A stretch of DNA of 64,000 nucleotides from an uncultured delta proteobacterium (GTDB lineage Bacteria > Desulfobacterota > Binatia > Binatales > Binataceae). The stretch covers positions 192,599 through 256,598 of the forward strand of contig CAWDXY010000001.1 of NCBI GenBank assembly GCA_963806485.1. The letters run 5' to 3'. Below, piece by piece: positions 34,037-44,316 of the stretch. Within the stretch, counting starts at the first letter, position 1, and the number at the start of each line of letters is the position of its first letter. The position numbers were made by a program, and so were the translations under genes. The notes under the pieces are model-generated. The model was not told the DNA's origin, ran no database searches, and was given only the letters and a program-made list of their open reading frames with translations.

Positions 34037-34984
34037 GTGCCGGCGATTGAAATGTTCTCAACGAATCGTATTTTCACTTGTGCGATGATTTCGGCGTTGC
34101 TGCTCGGCGGAGTCTTTATCCTCTACGCGATCGGCAGCGCCGCGACGGGCGAGGAGCCGGATGCGAAGTCGACCTATGGAGTTTTCACCAATCCCCAGCC
34201 CGTGACGATTGTTGGCTACAGCCAGGACGCGATGGAACCGTTCATCAGTCCCGACGGCAACTATCTCTTCTTCAACAATTCGAACAGCTTGCCGACCGTC
34301 AACCTTTACTACGCGACGCGGATCGACGACGTCACGTTCCAGTTCCAGGGCGAGATAGGCGGCGTCAACATGCCGGAGACGCTCGCCGCAGTCCCCTCGA
34401 TGGACATGAACAACAATTTCTATTTCGTCTCGAATCGAAGCTACATGACGACTCTTTCAACCATCTACACGTGCACCTTTTCCAACGGCAGCTGCTCGAA
34501 CGTCGCGCTAGTGCCGGGAGTTTCAAAGCTCACGCCGGGCGACGTAAATTTCGACCAATGCATCAGCCCGGACGGCAGCACGCTCTACTTTGATGACGGG
34601 GTCTACACCGGCGGCAGGGTCGTCCCGGACAGCGCGAGCATCGCGATCGCCACGCGCGATGGCGCTCAGTTTGTGCGTCTCAAGGACAGCAGCAAGATCA
34701 TGCGCCAAATCAACAAGCACGGACTCAACTATGCACCCGACATCTCGAAGTCGGGGCTCGAATTTTTCTTCACCCGCATCGAGGGTGAGCCGCCGATGCC
34801 GCCGCCTGTGATCTATACAGCGACGCGGGCAACGACGTCGGAGCCGTTTGGCGAACCTCGCAGGATCGAGGCGATTACCGGATTCGTGGAAGCGCCCGCC
34901 CTGTCGCCGGACGAGAAATCACTCTATTACCACTTCCAGAATGCAAGCGGGGTGTTCGTCATCTACCGAGTGACGCGGCCGTGA
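34037..34984 (+). CDS. Secreted TolB/PD40-like beta-propeller protein
   Basis: Repeated EPFISPDGNYLFF, ISPDGSTLYF, PDISKSGLEFFF, PALSPDEKSLYY. Confidence 0.78.
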   Translation: MPAIEMFSTNRIFTCAMISALLLGGVFILYAIGSAATGEEPDAKSTYGVFTNPQPVTIVGYSQDAMEPFISPDGNYLFFNNSNSLPTVNLYYATRIDDVTFQFQGEIGGVNMPETLAAVPSMDMNNNFYFVSNRSYMTTLSTIYTCTFSNGSCSNVALVPGVSKLTPGDVNFDQCISPDGSTLYFDDGVYTGGRVVPDSASIAIATRDGAQFVRLKDSSKIMRQINKHGLNYAPDISKSGLEFFFTRIEGEPPMPPPVIYTATRATTSEPFGEPRRIEAITGFVEAPALSPDEKSLYYHFQNASGVFVIYRVTRP

Positions 34985-34998
34985 CCTGAATCCGCGCG

Positions 34999-36210
34999 CT
35001 ACACGGCGCCGCTGTCGCGCAGCGCGGCGATCTCTTCCCACGAGTAGCCGAGCTCGAGCAGCACTTCCTCGGTATGCTGCCCGTGTTCGGGCGCTGCCTC
35101 CGCCGCGGTCGTAACTTCGCCGTTGATAGTTATCGGCGTGCCCGACACCAGCACCTTGCCCGCCACCGGATGATCAAGTTCGAGCAGGTATCCGTTGACG
35201 CGCGCCTGCTCGCTCTTGAGCATCGTGCGGTAATCGACGACCTCGGTCGCCAGGATGTCGGCGTCGGTAAGTTCCTTGAGCCATTCCTTGCTGGTCTTCT
35301 TCGGGAAAATCTCGTCGAGCACTTTCTGAATCTTGTCGCCATGAAAATTGCGAATGACATTGTCCGAATACTCGGGATCCTTCTCCAGGTGCTGAATTCC
35401 AACGATTCGGCAGAACGACGGCCAGCGCTTCTCGTCCACGCCCGCAATACAAATGTGCCCGTCGCTCGTCGGGAACGCGCCCCACACGCCGCGCAGGAAC
35501 TGATGCCCGCGGCCGGCGCGCTCGGGCTCGACGCCGGTGATCGACGTGTAATTTATCTCCATTCCCTGCATCGCGATCATCGTGCCGTAAATCGACGCGT
35601 CGACCTTTTGCCCCTTGCCGGTGCGCTCGCGCGCGAACAGGGCTGCCAGCACTCCGCTCGCGAGGCTGAGCGCGCCTGAATGATCGGCGACGAACATCCC
35701 GGCCGCGAGCGGCGGATCCGCCGGCATCCCGGTTTTCGCCATCACGCCGCTCGCCGCTTGTGCGAGCGTGTCGCGGCTCGGTCGTGTCACCCACGGCCCG
35801 CGCGGTCCCCACGAGCTGCCTTGCGCGTACACGATCCGCGGATTTATTTTGCGCGCGTCCTCGTAGCCGAGTCCGAGCCGGTCGAGCACGCCCGGCCGAT
35901 AGTTGGTGACGAGCACGTCGTACGATTTCACCATCCGGCGCACCATCTCGATCGCGTCGGGCTTTTTCAAATCTGCGGTGATACTCCGCTTGCCGCGATT
36001 CATCGCGATGAAGTAATGCGACACGGTCGCGTTCTTCACGTCCGGGCCGCCAATTAGCGCGGCGAGCATCCAGCGGCTCAGATCTCCGGTTTCCTTGTTC
36101 TCGACCTTGACGACGTCGGCGCCCATGTCGGCCAGGATCAGCGACGCAAACGGCCCCTGGATTTCCTGCGCGATCTCGACGACCTTGATTCCCTCGAGCG
36201 GCTTGCTCAT
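34999..36210 (-). CDS. CoA-transferase family III (CaiB/BaiF)
   Basis: PLEGIKVVE, LADMGADVVKVE, NRGKRSI, NYRPG, APEHGQHTEEVL. Confidence 0.93.
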   Translation of the reverse strand: MSKPLEGIKVVEIAQEIQGPFASLILADMGADVVKVENKETGDLSRWMLAALIGGPDVKNATVSHYFIAMNRGKRSITADLKKPDAIEMVRRMVKSYDVLVTNYRPGVLDRLGLGYEDARKINPRIVYAQGSSWGPRGPWVTRPSRDTLAQAASGVMAKTGMPADPPLAAGMFVADHSGALSLASGVLAALFARERTGKGQKVDASIYGTMIAMQGMEINYTSITGVEPERAGRGHQFLRGVWGAFPTSDGHICIAGVDEKRWPSFCRIVGIQHLEKDPEYSDNVIRNFHGDKIQKVLDEIFPKKTSKEWLKELTDADILATEVVDYRTMLKSEQARVNGYLLELDHPVAGKVLVSGTPITINGEVTTAAEAAPEHGQHTEEVLLELGYSWEEIAALRDSGAV

Positions 36211-36326
36211 CGTGGCTTTCCCCTAAACGGTCGTTCAGGAACTCGGACGCGCGGGCATTATCCCGCCGTTCGCCGCGAAATCTCAAGCGTCGATTCCAGC
36301 GCGCGACGCTTGTACGCTCATCGCCG

Positions 36327-37115
36327 ATGGAACCGAGCATCTACGAATATCCCGACGTTTTCCGCCGCGCGCATTTGGAGAGTCCCGGCGAAATTCCGGC
36401 CGAAGTGGTTTTCCTGCAACAGGTCTGGAGTCGCCATCGCAAAAGTCCGACACGCCGCATCCTTGACATCGCGTGCGGCGATTCGCCTCACGGCCGCCTG
36501 CTGGCCGGCAACGGCAACGGATTCGAGGTCGTCGGAATCGATCGCTCGCCCACGATGATCGCCGCGGGCCGCCGCAAAGCGAACGAACTTGCGAATCTTC
36601 GATTTTATCGCCGGCCAATCGAGAGGTTCACTCTTCCGGAGCGACTCTTCGACGCCGCAATTTTCATGTCCGAAACATTTCCGGTGATCGTCGAGAACGC
36701 TGACCTGCTGTCACATCTGAAATCTGTTGGTCGCGCGCTCAAGCGCGGCGGTTTGTACTGCATCGACATCGATCGCCAGGATCCGATTCCTCGCGTGTCG
36801 CGGCGGACGATGTGGCGCGAGCGCACCGCCAATGCCGGCGGCGTCGCACTCGACATCCGCGAGTTCCATCGACCAATCGCGTGGCATTCGCCGCTGCATT
36901 CCATCTACGAGCTCGAATGCAGCATCAAATTTACCGACGGTGCTGTGACGACTCGCGATTTGATTCCCGTGCGCTACACGATTCCCGCCACTCTGGAGCT
37001 TGCGGCACTAGCGTCGGGGATGTTCAAAATGATCGCCGCCTACTGCGACCTGTCGTTCACCAAGCCGCTCGACAGGTGCCGCTACCGATGGACGGGAGTG
37101 CTGCGCCGCGTGTGA
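36327..37115 (+). CDS. Class I SAM-dependent methyltransferase
   Basis: RILDIACG, VVGIDRSPTMI, FDAA, ALKRGGLY. Confidence 0.8.
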   Translation: MEPSIYEYPDVFRRAHLESPGEIPAEVVFLQQVWSRHRKSPTRRILDIACGDSPHGRLLAGNGNGFEVVGIDRSPTMIAAGRRKANELANLRFYRRPIERFTLPERLFDAAIFMSETFPVIVENADLLSHLKSVGRALKRGGLYCIDIDRQDPIPRVSRRTMWRERTANAGGVALDIREFHRPIAWHSPLHSIYELECSIKFTDGAVTTRDLIPVRYTIPATLELAALASGMFKMIAAYCDLSFTKPLDRCRYRWTGVLRRV

Positions 37116-37117
37116 GT

Positions 37118-37738
37118 TCAGGTGTCGCTGAGATGATCGATCAGGTCGAGCATCTCGGCATGCCAGCTGCCATCGAAGCGCAGTATGTGAATCGATCCCA
37201 GCTCGACGACTGGATCCTGACGCGTGAGCGTTCGCACGATTGTGCGAATCACGCCGCGATGCGCAACCAGCAGCGCGTTGTCAGCGCGCGGCGTCCATAG
37301 AGCGAGCATGCGTTCCAGGCCGCGCTCGACGCGATTGGTAAACGCGGCGCGGCTCTCACCCGCGGGAAACGCGTAGTCCGGCGCGAGCCGATCCGCGTTC
37401 CATCGCGCGAACTCGTCGGGATAGCGCTCGCGAATCTCATCCGCAGTGAGTCCTTCGAACAGTCCGAAGTGTACTTCGGCGAATTCATCGATCGTGATCA
37501 GCGGCGCCGAGTTGCCGGCCACGATTCGCGCGCCTTCGGTCGCACGAACGAGCGGGCTCGAAAATATGTGCGCGAAACTTATGCCGCCATGACGGGTCTC
37601 GATCGCGCGGCGCACAAGCCGCATCTGCGCGCGCCCAAGTTCCGACAGCGCCACGTCGGTGCGGCCGTGATACCTGATGCTCGACTCGCCCACGGTCTCG
37701 CCGTGGCGAATCAGGATCAACCGCGACCCGCGAATCAT
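37118..37738 (-). CDS. Histidine phosphatase family protein
   Basis: LILIRHGET, SSPLVRA, EVHFGLFEGL, GES, VAHRGVI. Confidence 0.9.
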   Translation of the reverse strand: MIRGSRLILIRHGETVGESSIRYHGRTDVALSELGRAQMRLVRRAIETRHGGISFAHIFSSPLVRATEGARIVAGNSAPLITIDEFAEVHFGLFEGLTADEIRERYPDEFARWNADRLAPDYAFPAGESRAAFTNRVERGLERMLALWTPRADNALLVAHRGVIRTIVRTLTRQDPVVELGSIHILRFDGSWHAEMLDLIDHLSDT

Positions 37739-39030
37739 TTTCCGTCGAACAGCGGATTCATCACCAGGCCGGTCAGTAGCTTGGGATGAAAGTAAGTCGA
37801 CTTTTCGGGCATCGTCGCGCCCGCGTCGCTCACCCGCTCGACGTCCTGGATCGACGGCGGGTTCATCAGGAACGCGCCGTCGGCGCGTCCCTGCGCGACT
37901 GCGCCGAGCGCACCGCCAATTTCGACCGTGTATTCGATATTTCCGCCTTTGCGAATCTCGTCGGCGCGCAGCCCGAATATTCGATCGAACACCAGCGCGT
38001 GCAGAACCGACACGTCGAGGCACCGAACTTCGACCGGCGCGTCGGGCATCGCGGTCTCCATCGCGCTTTGGCTGTGCAGCCGCAGAATCAAGTAGCTGGG
38101 GCTATCCTTCAGCGTCACGCCAATCGCGCCACAGCCCAAGTCGTTCAGGCGCGCGCGAAATTCGTCGCGATGCGCGATCTCCTCCACCTTGAACACCTCG
38201 CGCGCCCGTTGCGTGAACGACGCGATCGCTTTGGCCGGCAGTGACTTCACCACACGATGCGTCGGCAGAATCACCAGCCCCGGATCGTCGCACGCCACCA
38301 GCGTCATCATCGTATAGTCGTAAGGCTGCGGCTCGCTCGACGCGTTCTCGTGTCGGCGCGCGCGCCGATAGTTCAGCGCGGTTTCGTAACGATGGTGTCC
38401 GTCGGCGATCAAAATGCGCGGCCCTTCGAGCTCGCGCTGAATGATCGCGATTTCCTGGGTCGCCTCGATGGGCCTCAGCTCGTTGCGGATTCCCAGGTCA
38501 TCGACGAGATCGATCAGCGGCTCGCGCGTAGCCACCTGGTCGCGCAATCGGTCGAGCTCCGGATGCGCGCCCGAGTACAGTCCGAAGATCGAGCTCGTGT
38601 TGACCTGCAGCGCGGTCAGCAGCCGCAGGCGGTCCTCCTTTGCGGCTGGAAACGTTCGCTCGTGCGGCACTATGCGCCCGCGATCGAATTCCTCAAGCCG
38701 CACGCGCGCGATAAATCCCGTGCGATGCAACAGCCGCCCCTCGACGTCGAAGGTTTGCGTGTACTGAAAAATGGCGGGACGCGCGGACCGCTCGACGACG
38801 CCCGCCGCGAGCCACTCAGCGAGCGTTCTTTCCGCCGCGCCGTAACGATCTGCGTCGCGCCCGAGTTCGAGTCGCACGACGTTGTAGGGACTGCGTTCGT
38901 ACAGTTGATTCTGTCGCGCGGCGCCGATCAAATCGTACGGCGGCGCCACCACGCGCGCGGGTTCGCCGGCAATTTGACGGTTGTACATCAACGCGCGAAA
39001 CGGCTCGATTCGTTTGCTGAGTCCGCTCAT
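37735..39030 (-). CDS. DUF1015 family protein
   Basis: PFRA, VAPPYD, PHERT, IADGHHRYETA, ILPTHR, MPEKSTYFHPKLLTGL. Confidence 0.9.
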   Translation of the reverse strand: MSGLSKRIEPFRALMYNRQIAGEPARVVAPPYDLIGAARQNQLYERSPYNVVRLELGRDADRYGAAERTLAEWLAAGVVERSARPAIFQYTQTFDVEGRLLHRTGFIARVRLEEFDRGRIVPHERTFPAAKEDRLRLLTALQVNTSSIFGLYSGAHPELDRLRDQVATREPLIDLVDDLGIRNELRPIEATQEIAIIQRELEGPRILIADGHHRYETALNYRRARRHENASSEPQPYDYTMMTLVACDDPGLVILPTHRVVKSLPAKAIASFTQRAREVFKVEEIAHRDEFRARLNDLGCGAIGVTLKDSPSYLILRLHSQSAMETAMPDAPVEVRCLDVSVLHALVFDRIFGLRADEIRKGGNIEYTVEIGGALGAVAQGRADGAFLMNPPSIQDVERVSDAGATMPEKSTYFHPKLLTGLVMNPLFDGK

Positions 39031-39632
39031 TTCCGCGCGTCTGCCGCGAGCGCCGCCGCGATCCGATCTTCTGAAATCGCTCCCACTCTCACCATTTTCC
39101 ACCCGCTAATACCCACCGCGACGACCGTGCTCGGTGCCGACGCGGTCATTTTCCCACCTTCAAGGTAAACTTTAACTTTTTCGCCGAGCCCGGCGCGCGC
39201 TTCGGCGAGCGTGCTTGCGGGCGCCGCACCGCTCAGGTTCGCGCTGGTGGCAGTGATCGGCCGCCCGAGTCCCGCGCTGAGTGCGCGTGCGACGGGATTT
39301 GGCGATACTCGCACGCCGACGCCGTCTGGTCCCGCGAGCTCGGTCGCAATATCTTCGCGAGCCGGCAGAACGATCGTCAGCGGTCCCGGCCAGAACGTCT
39401 GCGCGAGCCGCCGCGCATCGTACGGTATTTCGCGCGCGACCGAAAACGCCATCGCGGCGTCCGCCGCAATCAAACCCACCGGACGTCCCGGATCCCGCCC
39501 CTTCACGCGAAATAGACGCCGCAGCGCCGTCGACGAAAACGCATCCGCGCCGATCGCATAGAACGTCTCGGTCGGATAAACGACCAGCTCTCCGGCTTTC
39601 AACGCCGCTATTCCGTCCTCGAGCGAAAACAT
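39027..39632 (-). CDS. tsaC: L-threonylcarbamoyladenylate synthase (YrdC/Sua5)
   Basis: YPTETFY, K.R, FWPGPLT, TSANLSG, PSTVV. Confidence 0.92.
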   Translation of the reverse strand: MFSLEDGIAALKAGELVVYPTETFYAIGADAFSSTALRRLFRVKGRDPGRPVGLIAADAAMAFSVAREIPYDARRLAQTFWPGPLTIVLPAREDIATELAGPDGVGVRVSPNPVARALSAGLGRPITATSANLSGAAPASTLAEARAGLGEKVKVYLEGGKMTASAPSTVVAVGISGWKMVRVGAISEDRIAAALAADARK

Positions 39633-39637
39633 CGCGA

Positions 39638-40945
39638 CTATCCGAGCGCGCGCCGCGCGATGTCGCGCCGGAAATGACGTCCCTCGAACTCGATCATTTC
39701 CGCCGCCTCGTATGCCGCGTCGACCGCCGTCGCGAGCTCCGGCGCCATCGCCGTGACCGTCAGCACGCGCCCGCCGTCGGTGACCAATTGCCCGTCGCGC
39801 ATCGCGGTTCCCGCATGGAAAACTTTCATGCGGATTTTTTTCATCGCCCATTTGATCTTGATGTCGGACGGGACGTTGCCTTCAAGCCGGTCCAGTCCGC
39901 CGATCGCAATTCCTTTTTTGTAGTCGCCGGGATACCCGCCCGACGCGAGCACGACCGCCGCCGCGCTGCGCGGCGAGAGCCTGATCGACGCATTTGCGAC
40001 TTTGCCTTCGGTGGCGGCTAGCAGGTTTTCCGCCAGGTCGCTCTCCAGCCGCATCATCATCGCTTGGCATTCTGGATCGCCGAAGCGAACATTGAACTCG
40101 AGCACGTTAATTCGGTCGCCGTCGATCATCAGCCCGACGAACAACACACCGCGAAACGGTATCCCGCGCGCGTTCATCGCCGCGAGCGTCGGCGCGACCA
40201 CCTCGCGCATCGCGCGCGCTTCGAGTTCGGGGCCGAACTGCGGCACTGGCGAATACGCGCCCATCCCGCCGGTGTTGGGTCCGCGATCGTTGTCGAAAAT
40301 CGTCTTGTGATCCTGAAACGTGCCGAGCGGGATCGCGTTTTCGCCGTCGCACAGCGCGAAGAATGAAACTTCCTCGCCAGTCAGAAACTCCTCGACGACT
40401 ATCCGATTCCCCGCCGCTCCGAAGCGCCGCCGCTCCATCGCATCTGCGACCGCTTCCAGAGCCGTTGCCGTGTCGTGGCAGATGACGACGCCTTTTCCAA
40501 GCGCGAGCCCGTCCGCCTTGACCACCATCGAGCCGGTGCGCGACTTCACGTAGCGGCGCGCGGAGTCAGCGTCGTCGAAGGCGGCGAAGTCGGCGGTTGG
40601 CACGCCCGCCTGGCGCATGATCGTCTTTGCAAACGACTTGCTGGTTTCAAGCTGCGCTGCAGCGGCGGTCGGGCCGAATATTTTCAAGCCCGCGCGCGTG
40701 AACTCATCGACGATTCCCGCACCGAGCGGATCGTCCGGGCCGACGATCGTCAGATCGACCGACTTTGATTTCGCGAACTCCACCAAGGCGGCGACATCGG
40801 TCGGCGCGATTGGTACTGCTTCCGCGATCTGATCGATGCCCGGATTTCCGCTCGCGCAAAAAATCTTCCACACCGTCTCGCTCTGATGGAGCCGCCAGAC
40901 CAAAGCATGCTCGCGCCCGCCTTTGCCTATGACCAGAACTTTCAT
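39638..40945 (-). CDS. purD: Phosphoribosylamine-glycine ligase
   Basis: G.GGREHAL, KADGLA.GKGV, QDHK, GPNTGGMGAY, EFNVRFGDPE, VFHAGT. Confidence 0.97.
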   Translation of the reverse strand: MKVLVIGKGGREHALVWRLHQSETVWKIFCASGNPGIDQIAEAVPIAPTDVAALVEFAKSKSVDLTIVGPDDPLGAGIVDEFTRAGLKIFGPTAAAAQLETSKSFAKTIMRQAGVPTADFAAFDDADSARRYVKSRTGSMVVKADGLALGKGVVICHDTATALEAVADAMERRRFGAAGNRIVVEEFLTGEEVSFFALCDGENAIPLGTFQDHKTIFDNDRGPNTGGMGAYSPVPQFGPELEARAMREVVAPTLAAMNARGIPFRGVLFVGLMIDGDRINVLEFNVRFGDPECQAMMMRLESDLAENLLAATEGKVANASIRLSPRSAAAVVLASGGYPGDYKKGIAIGGLDRLEGNVPSDIKIKWAMKKIRMKVFHAGTAMRDGQLVTDGGRVLTVTAMAPELATAVDAAYEAAEMIEFEGRHFRRDIARRALG

Positions 40946-40956
40946 CGCGCCGCCTG

Positions 40957-42531
40957 TTAGTGCCTGAAGTGGCGCACCCCCGTGAAGACCATGGCGAGCC
41001 CGAACTTGTCGGCCGCCTCGATAACTTTATCGTCGCGCAGCGAGCCGCCGGGCTGTGCGATTGCGGTCGCGCCCGCTTCGGCTGCGAGCGTCGGGCCGTC
41101 CGGGAAAGGAAACAGCGCCTCCGACACGAGCACGGAGCCCTCGAGCGAAACTTTGAGCCGCGCCGCCTTCTCGCGCGCCGCGTAGACCGGATCGATTCGC
41201 GACGTTGCACCGCCGCCGACCGCCAGCGTGCGATCCTCGGCGACGAACGCGATCGCGTTGGACTTGATGTGCTTGCAGACCTTGACTCCGAAGCTGAGCG
41301 CGCGCATCTCGGCGTCGGTGGGCGCGCGACGCGTCACCACCTTGCCTTTGCGCGGATCTTCGATCGCCAGGTCCGGCGTCTGCACCAGCAATCCGCCGAG
41401 CACCTTTTTGACATCGAGCTCGTTGCGATTGACCGCCTTCGAATTGAAGGTCATCACGCGACGATTCTTGTTTTTTCGCAGGAATGCGATCACGTCGTCG
41501 GGAAATGCGGGACCGATCAGCACCTCGGTGAACAATTCGTTGACCGCGCGCGCGAACTCCATGTCCCACGGCCGATTTGCGATGATGATGCCGCCGAATG
41601 GCGAGTCGGGGTCGGTCGCGAACGCCTTGTCCCACGCAGCTTTGAGCGTGTCCGCGACGCCGACGCCGCACGGCGTGTTGTGTTTGAGAATCGCGACTAC
41701 AGCGCGACGCTCGTCCTCGAACTCGAGCATCAGGTTCATCGCCGAGCTGATATCGACTACATTGTTGAACGACAGTTCTTTGCCGTGAAGCTGGCGCGCG
41801 ATCTCGAGGAAGCGGCCGTACAGCGCGCCGGTCTGATGCGGATTCTCGCCGTAGCGCAGCGCCTGCTCGCGCTCGAGCGCGAGGCTGAAGGTCTCGCCGA
41901 GTGCGGACTCGTCGCCGGCTCTGGCATGCGTGCCGAGATGGTTCGAGATGGCGGCATCGTACGCGGTCACGCGGGCGAACGCCTTGCGCGCGAGGCGCCA
42001 TCGCGTGTCCGCGGTTATCGCGCCCTGGTTCGCGTCGAGTTCCGTGGCAAGGGCGTTGTAGTCCGCGGCATCGACGACGACCGCGACGTCGCCATGATTC
42101 TTCGCCGCCGCGCGCACGAGAGTGGGTCCGCCGATGTCGATATTTTCGATCGCTTCGTCAAGACTCACGCCCGGCTTCGCGACCGTTTGTTCGAATGGAT
42201 AAAAATTCACGACCACCAGGTCGATCGGCTCGATGCGGTGCTGCAGCATCTGCCGCTGATGGCTCTCGTCGGCGCGCCGCGCCAGGATTCCGCCGTGAAT
42301 CTTCGGATGCAGCGTCTTGACGCGGCCGTCGAGCATTTCGGGCGAGCCGGTGAAACTCTCGACCGATCTTACTTTGATACCGGCCGCTTCCAGAGCCGCC
42401 ATCGTGCCTCCGGTCGAAACGATCTCGACGCCGTGCCGCACCAGCGCCTTGGCAAAATCCGCCACGCCCGACTTGTGCGCGACGCCGATCAGCGCGCGCC
42501 TGATCACGATCCTGTCGATTCCCATCGCCAT
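40957..42531 (-). CDS. purH: Bifunctional AICAR transformylase / IMP cyclohydrolase
   Basis: STGGT, GRVKTLHPKIHGGIL, IDIGGP, LRYGENPHQ, KSNAI, QPGGS.RD, RHFRH. Confidence 0.97.
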   Translation of the reverse strand: MAMGIDRIVIRRALIGVAHKSGVADFAKALVRHGVEIVSTGGTMAALEAAGIKVRSVESFTGSPEMLDGRVKTLHPKIHGGILARRADESHQRQMLQHRIEPIDLVVVNFYPFEQTVAKPGVSLDEAIENIDIGGPTLVRAAAKNHGDVAVVVDAADYNALATELDANQGAITADTRWRLARKAFARVTAYDAAISNHLGTHARAGDESALGETFSLALEREQALRYGENPHQTGALYGRFLEIARQLHGKELSFNNVVDISSAMNLMLEFEDERRAVVAILKHNTPCGVGVADTLKAAWDKAFATDPDSPFGGIIIANRPWDMEFARAVNELFTEVLIGPAFPDDVIAFLRKNKNRRVMTFNSKAVNRNELDVKKVLGGLLVQTPDLAIEDPRKGKVVTRRAPTDAEMRALSFGVKVCKHIKSNAIAFVAEDRTLAVGGGATSRIDPVYAAREKAARLKVSLEGSVLVSEALFPFPDGPTLAAEAGATAIAQPGGSLRDDKVIEAADKFGLAMVFTGVRHFRH

Positions 42532-43659
42532 CTAGTTCCGAATCACCCGCGGCACCCGTTTGCCGACCGTGCAAAGCATCTCGTACGAAATTGTCTGCGC
42601 CAGCCGCGCGACGTCGTTGACGCTGATAACCTCACCGCCCGATTCACCCCACAAGATTACCTCATCGCCGACCGATGCGCCCGCAATGTCGGTGAGGTCG
42701 ATAGTCGTCAGGTCCATCGAGACCGCGCCGACGACCGGCGCGCGAGCACCGCGCACGATCACCTCGCCGCCGTGTTGCAGGCCTCTGCGGTAGCCGTCGG
42801 CGTACCCTACCGGCAGCACGCCGATCAGGCTTTCGCGCGGCGTGATGAAGGTATGCCCGTAGCCGACGCCGCTTCCAGCCGGCGCGCGCTTGATTTGCAT
42901 CAGCCGGGTCTTGAACGTCATGACCGGCCGCAGCTCGACGCGCTCGCGCACCGCGGCCACCGGTGGCAGGCCGTAAATCGCCAAGCCCGGCCGCGCGAGG
43001 CTGAAGTGCGAATCGTAGCGCAGCACCAGCGCCGCGGAATTCGCGACGTGAAAAATCGACGGTCGCATCCCGGCAGCATTCAGCGTGTCGATGGCCCGGT
43101 GAAAAACACCGAGCTGCGCGTCAGTGATCGGACTCTTGGGGTCGCCGGCGTTGGCGAGTAACGTGCAAACACCCTCCAGCCGCACGGCAGACGCGCTCCG
43201 CACCGCCTCGATGACATCGGGAATATCGGCGGGCATCACGCCAAGGCGCGTCGCGCCGCTGTCGATCTTGACGTGAATCGGGAAATCGGTCCGGCCCGCG
43301 GACGCGGCCGCGCGATCGAGATGTCCGATCATTGCGGCGTCGAAGACGAATGGGGTCACGTCGAGCGCAACAATCTCGCCTGCTTGTTCGGCGAAGAAGC
43401 CCGCCTGCAGGTACACCCGCGTGCAGACCCCCGCCTCTCGCAGCTCGCGCGCCTCGTCGAGCGTGGCGACTCCGAAGTGACGGCATCCTTCGTCGATCAA
43501 CGCGCGCGCGACCGTCACCGCGCCATGCCCATAAGCGTCGGCCTTGACCACCACCATCAATTCGCCGTGCGCGGCCACGCCACGCAGTGCGCGGAAGTTC
43601 GAGCGCAGCGCGCCGAGATCGATCTCGGCGACAGTCGGGCGTTGCGTTTCAATAGTCAT
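42532..43659 (-). CDS. alr: Alanine racemase
   Basis: VVKADAYGHG (PLP Lys), HVKIDSG..RLG, RPG..IYG, GYADG, TISYE. Confidence 0.95.
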   Translation of the reverse strand: MTIETQRPTVAEIDLGALRSNFRALRGVAAHGELMVVVKADAYGHGAVTVARALIDEGCRHFGVATLDEARELREAGVCTRVYLQAGFFAEQAGEIVALDVTPFVFDAAMIGHLDRAAASAGRTDFPIHVKIDSGATRLGVMPADIPDVIEAVRSASAVRLEGVCTLLANAGDPKSPITDAQLGVFHRAIDTLNAAGMRPSIFHVANSAALVLRYDSHFSLARPGLAIYGLPPVAAVRERVELRPVMTFKTRLMQIKRAPAGSGVGYGHTFITPRESLIGVLPVGYADGYRRGLQHGGEVIVRGARAPVVGAVSMDLTTIDLTDIAGASVGDEVILWGESGGEVISVNDVARLAQTISYEMLCTVGKRVPRVIRN

Positions 43660-43805
43660 CGAACGCTGAATTTCCAACTTCGCGCGCGCGGACGCAAGCC
43701 GCCGGCTTTTCGCGGTAGCGGGTCAGTTTGATCCAAACGAGCGTCTCCCCGTGATACTCTGCCATTCGCGAGCGCCAGACCTGGCCGGATTTGGAGGAGG
43801 AAGAG

Positions 43806-44195
43806 ATGAAGCAGATTCCGAGCGGAACAGAACTCGCCCGGCCATTCATGCCCGCGAAAGACTTTGATCTCTCCAAGAACTTCTATGAGACGCTGGGTTT
43901 CGAAAAACTTCTTGACGGAGATGTGGCGATCTTCAGGGCCGGTTCCAGTGGTTTCATACTTCAACGCTACTATCAGAAGGACTGGGCTGAAAACTTTATG
44001 ATGCAGCTCATGGTCGATGATCTTGACGCCTGGTGGACGCACATTGAAGGGCTTGATCTGCCCGGAAAATTCAAGGTTCAGCCGCCGCGCGCGCCGGCCA
44101 TGCAACCATGGGGCCTTCGGATCGCGTATGTCGTGGATCCATCCGGAGTGCTTTGGCACATCGGCGAACGGCGCAGGGGCGCAATACAAGACTGA
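43806..44195 (+). CDS. VOC/glyoxalase family protein
   Basis: RPFMPAKDF..S..FY..LGF, QPWGLR...VVDPSGVLWHI; GGAGG RBS. Confidence 0.88.
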   Translation: MKQIPSGTELARPFMPAKDFDLSKNFYETLGFEKLLDGDVAIFRAGSSGFILQRYYQKDWAENFMMQLMVDDLDAWWTHIEGLDLPGKFKVQPPRAPAMQPWGLRIAYVVDPSGVLWHIGERRRGAIQD

Positions 44196-44238
44196 CGGCA
44201 CTCCGCTCAACTGTTCGAGAATGCGATGATCGTCGAAC

Positions 44239-44316
44239 ATGAACGCCGCCATCGTGACGGGCGCTAACACCGGATTGGGCTTCGAATGCGCCCGAGCGCT
44301 CGCTGAGCGCCGCGAT
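44239..44316 (+). pseudogene. 5' remnant of a short-chain dehydrogenase/reductase
   Basis: MNAAIVTGANTGLGFECARALA (TGxxxGxG) followed by unrelated AT-rich sequence. Confidence 0.7.
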
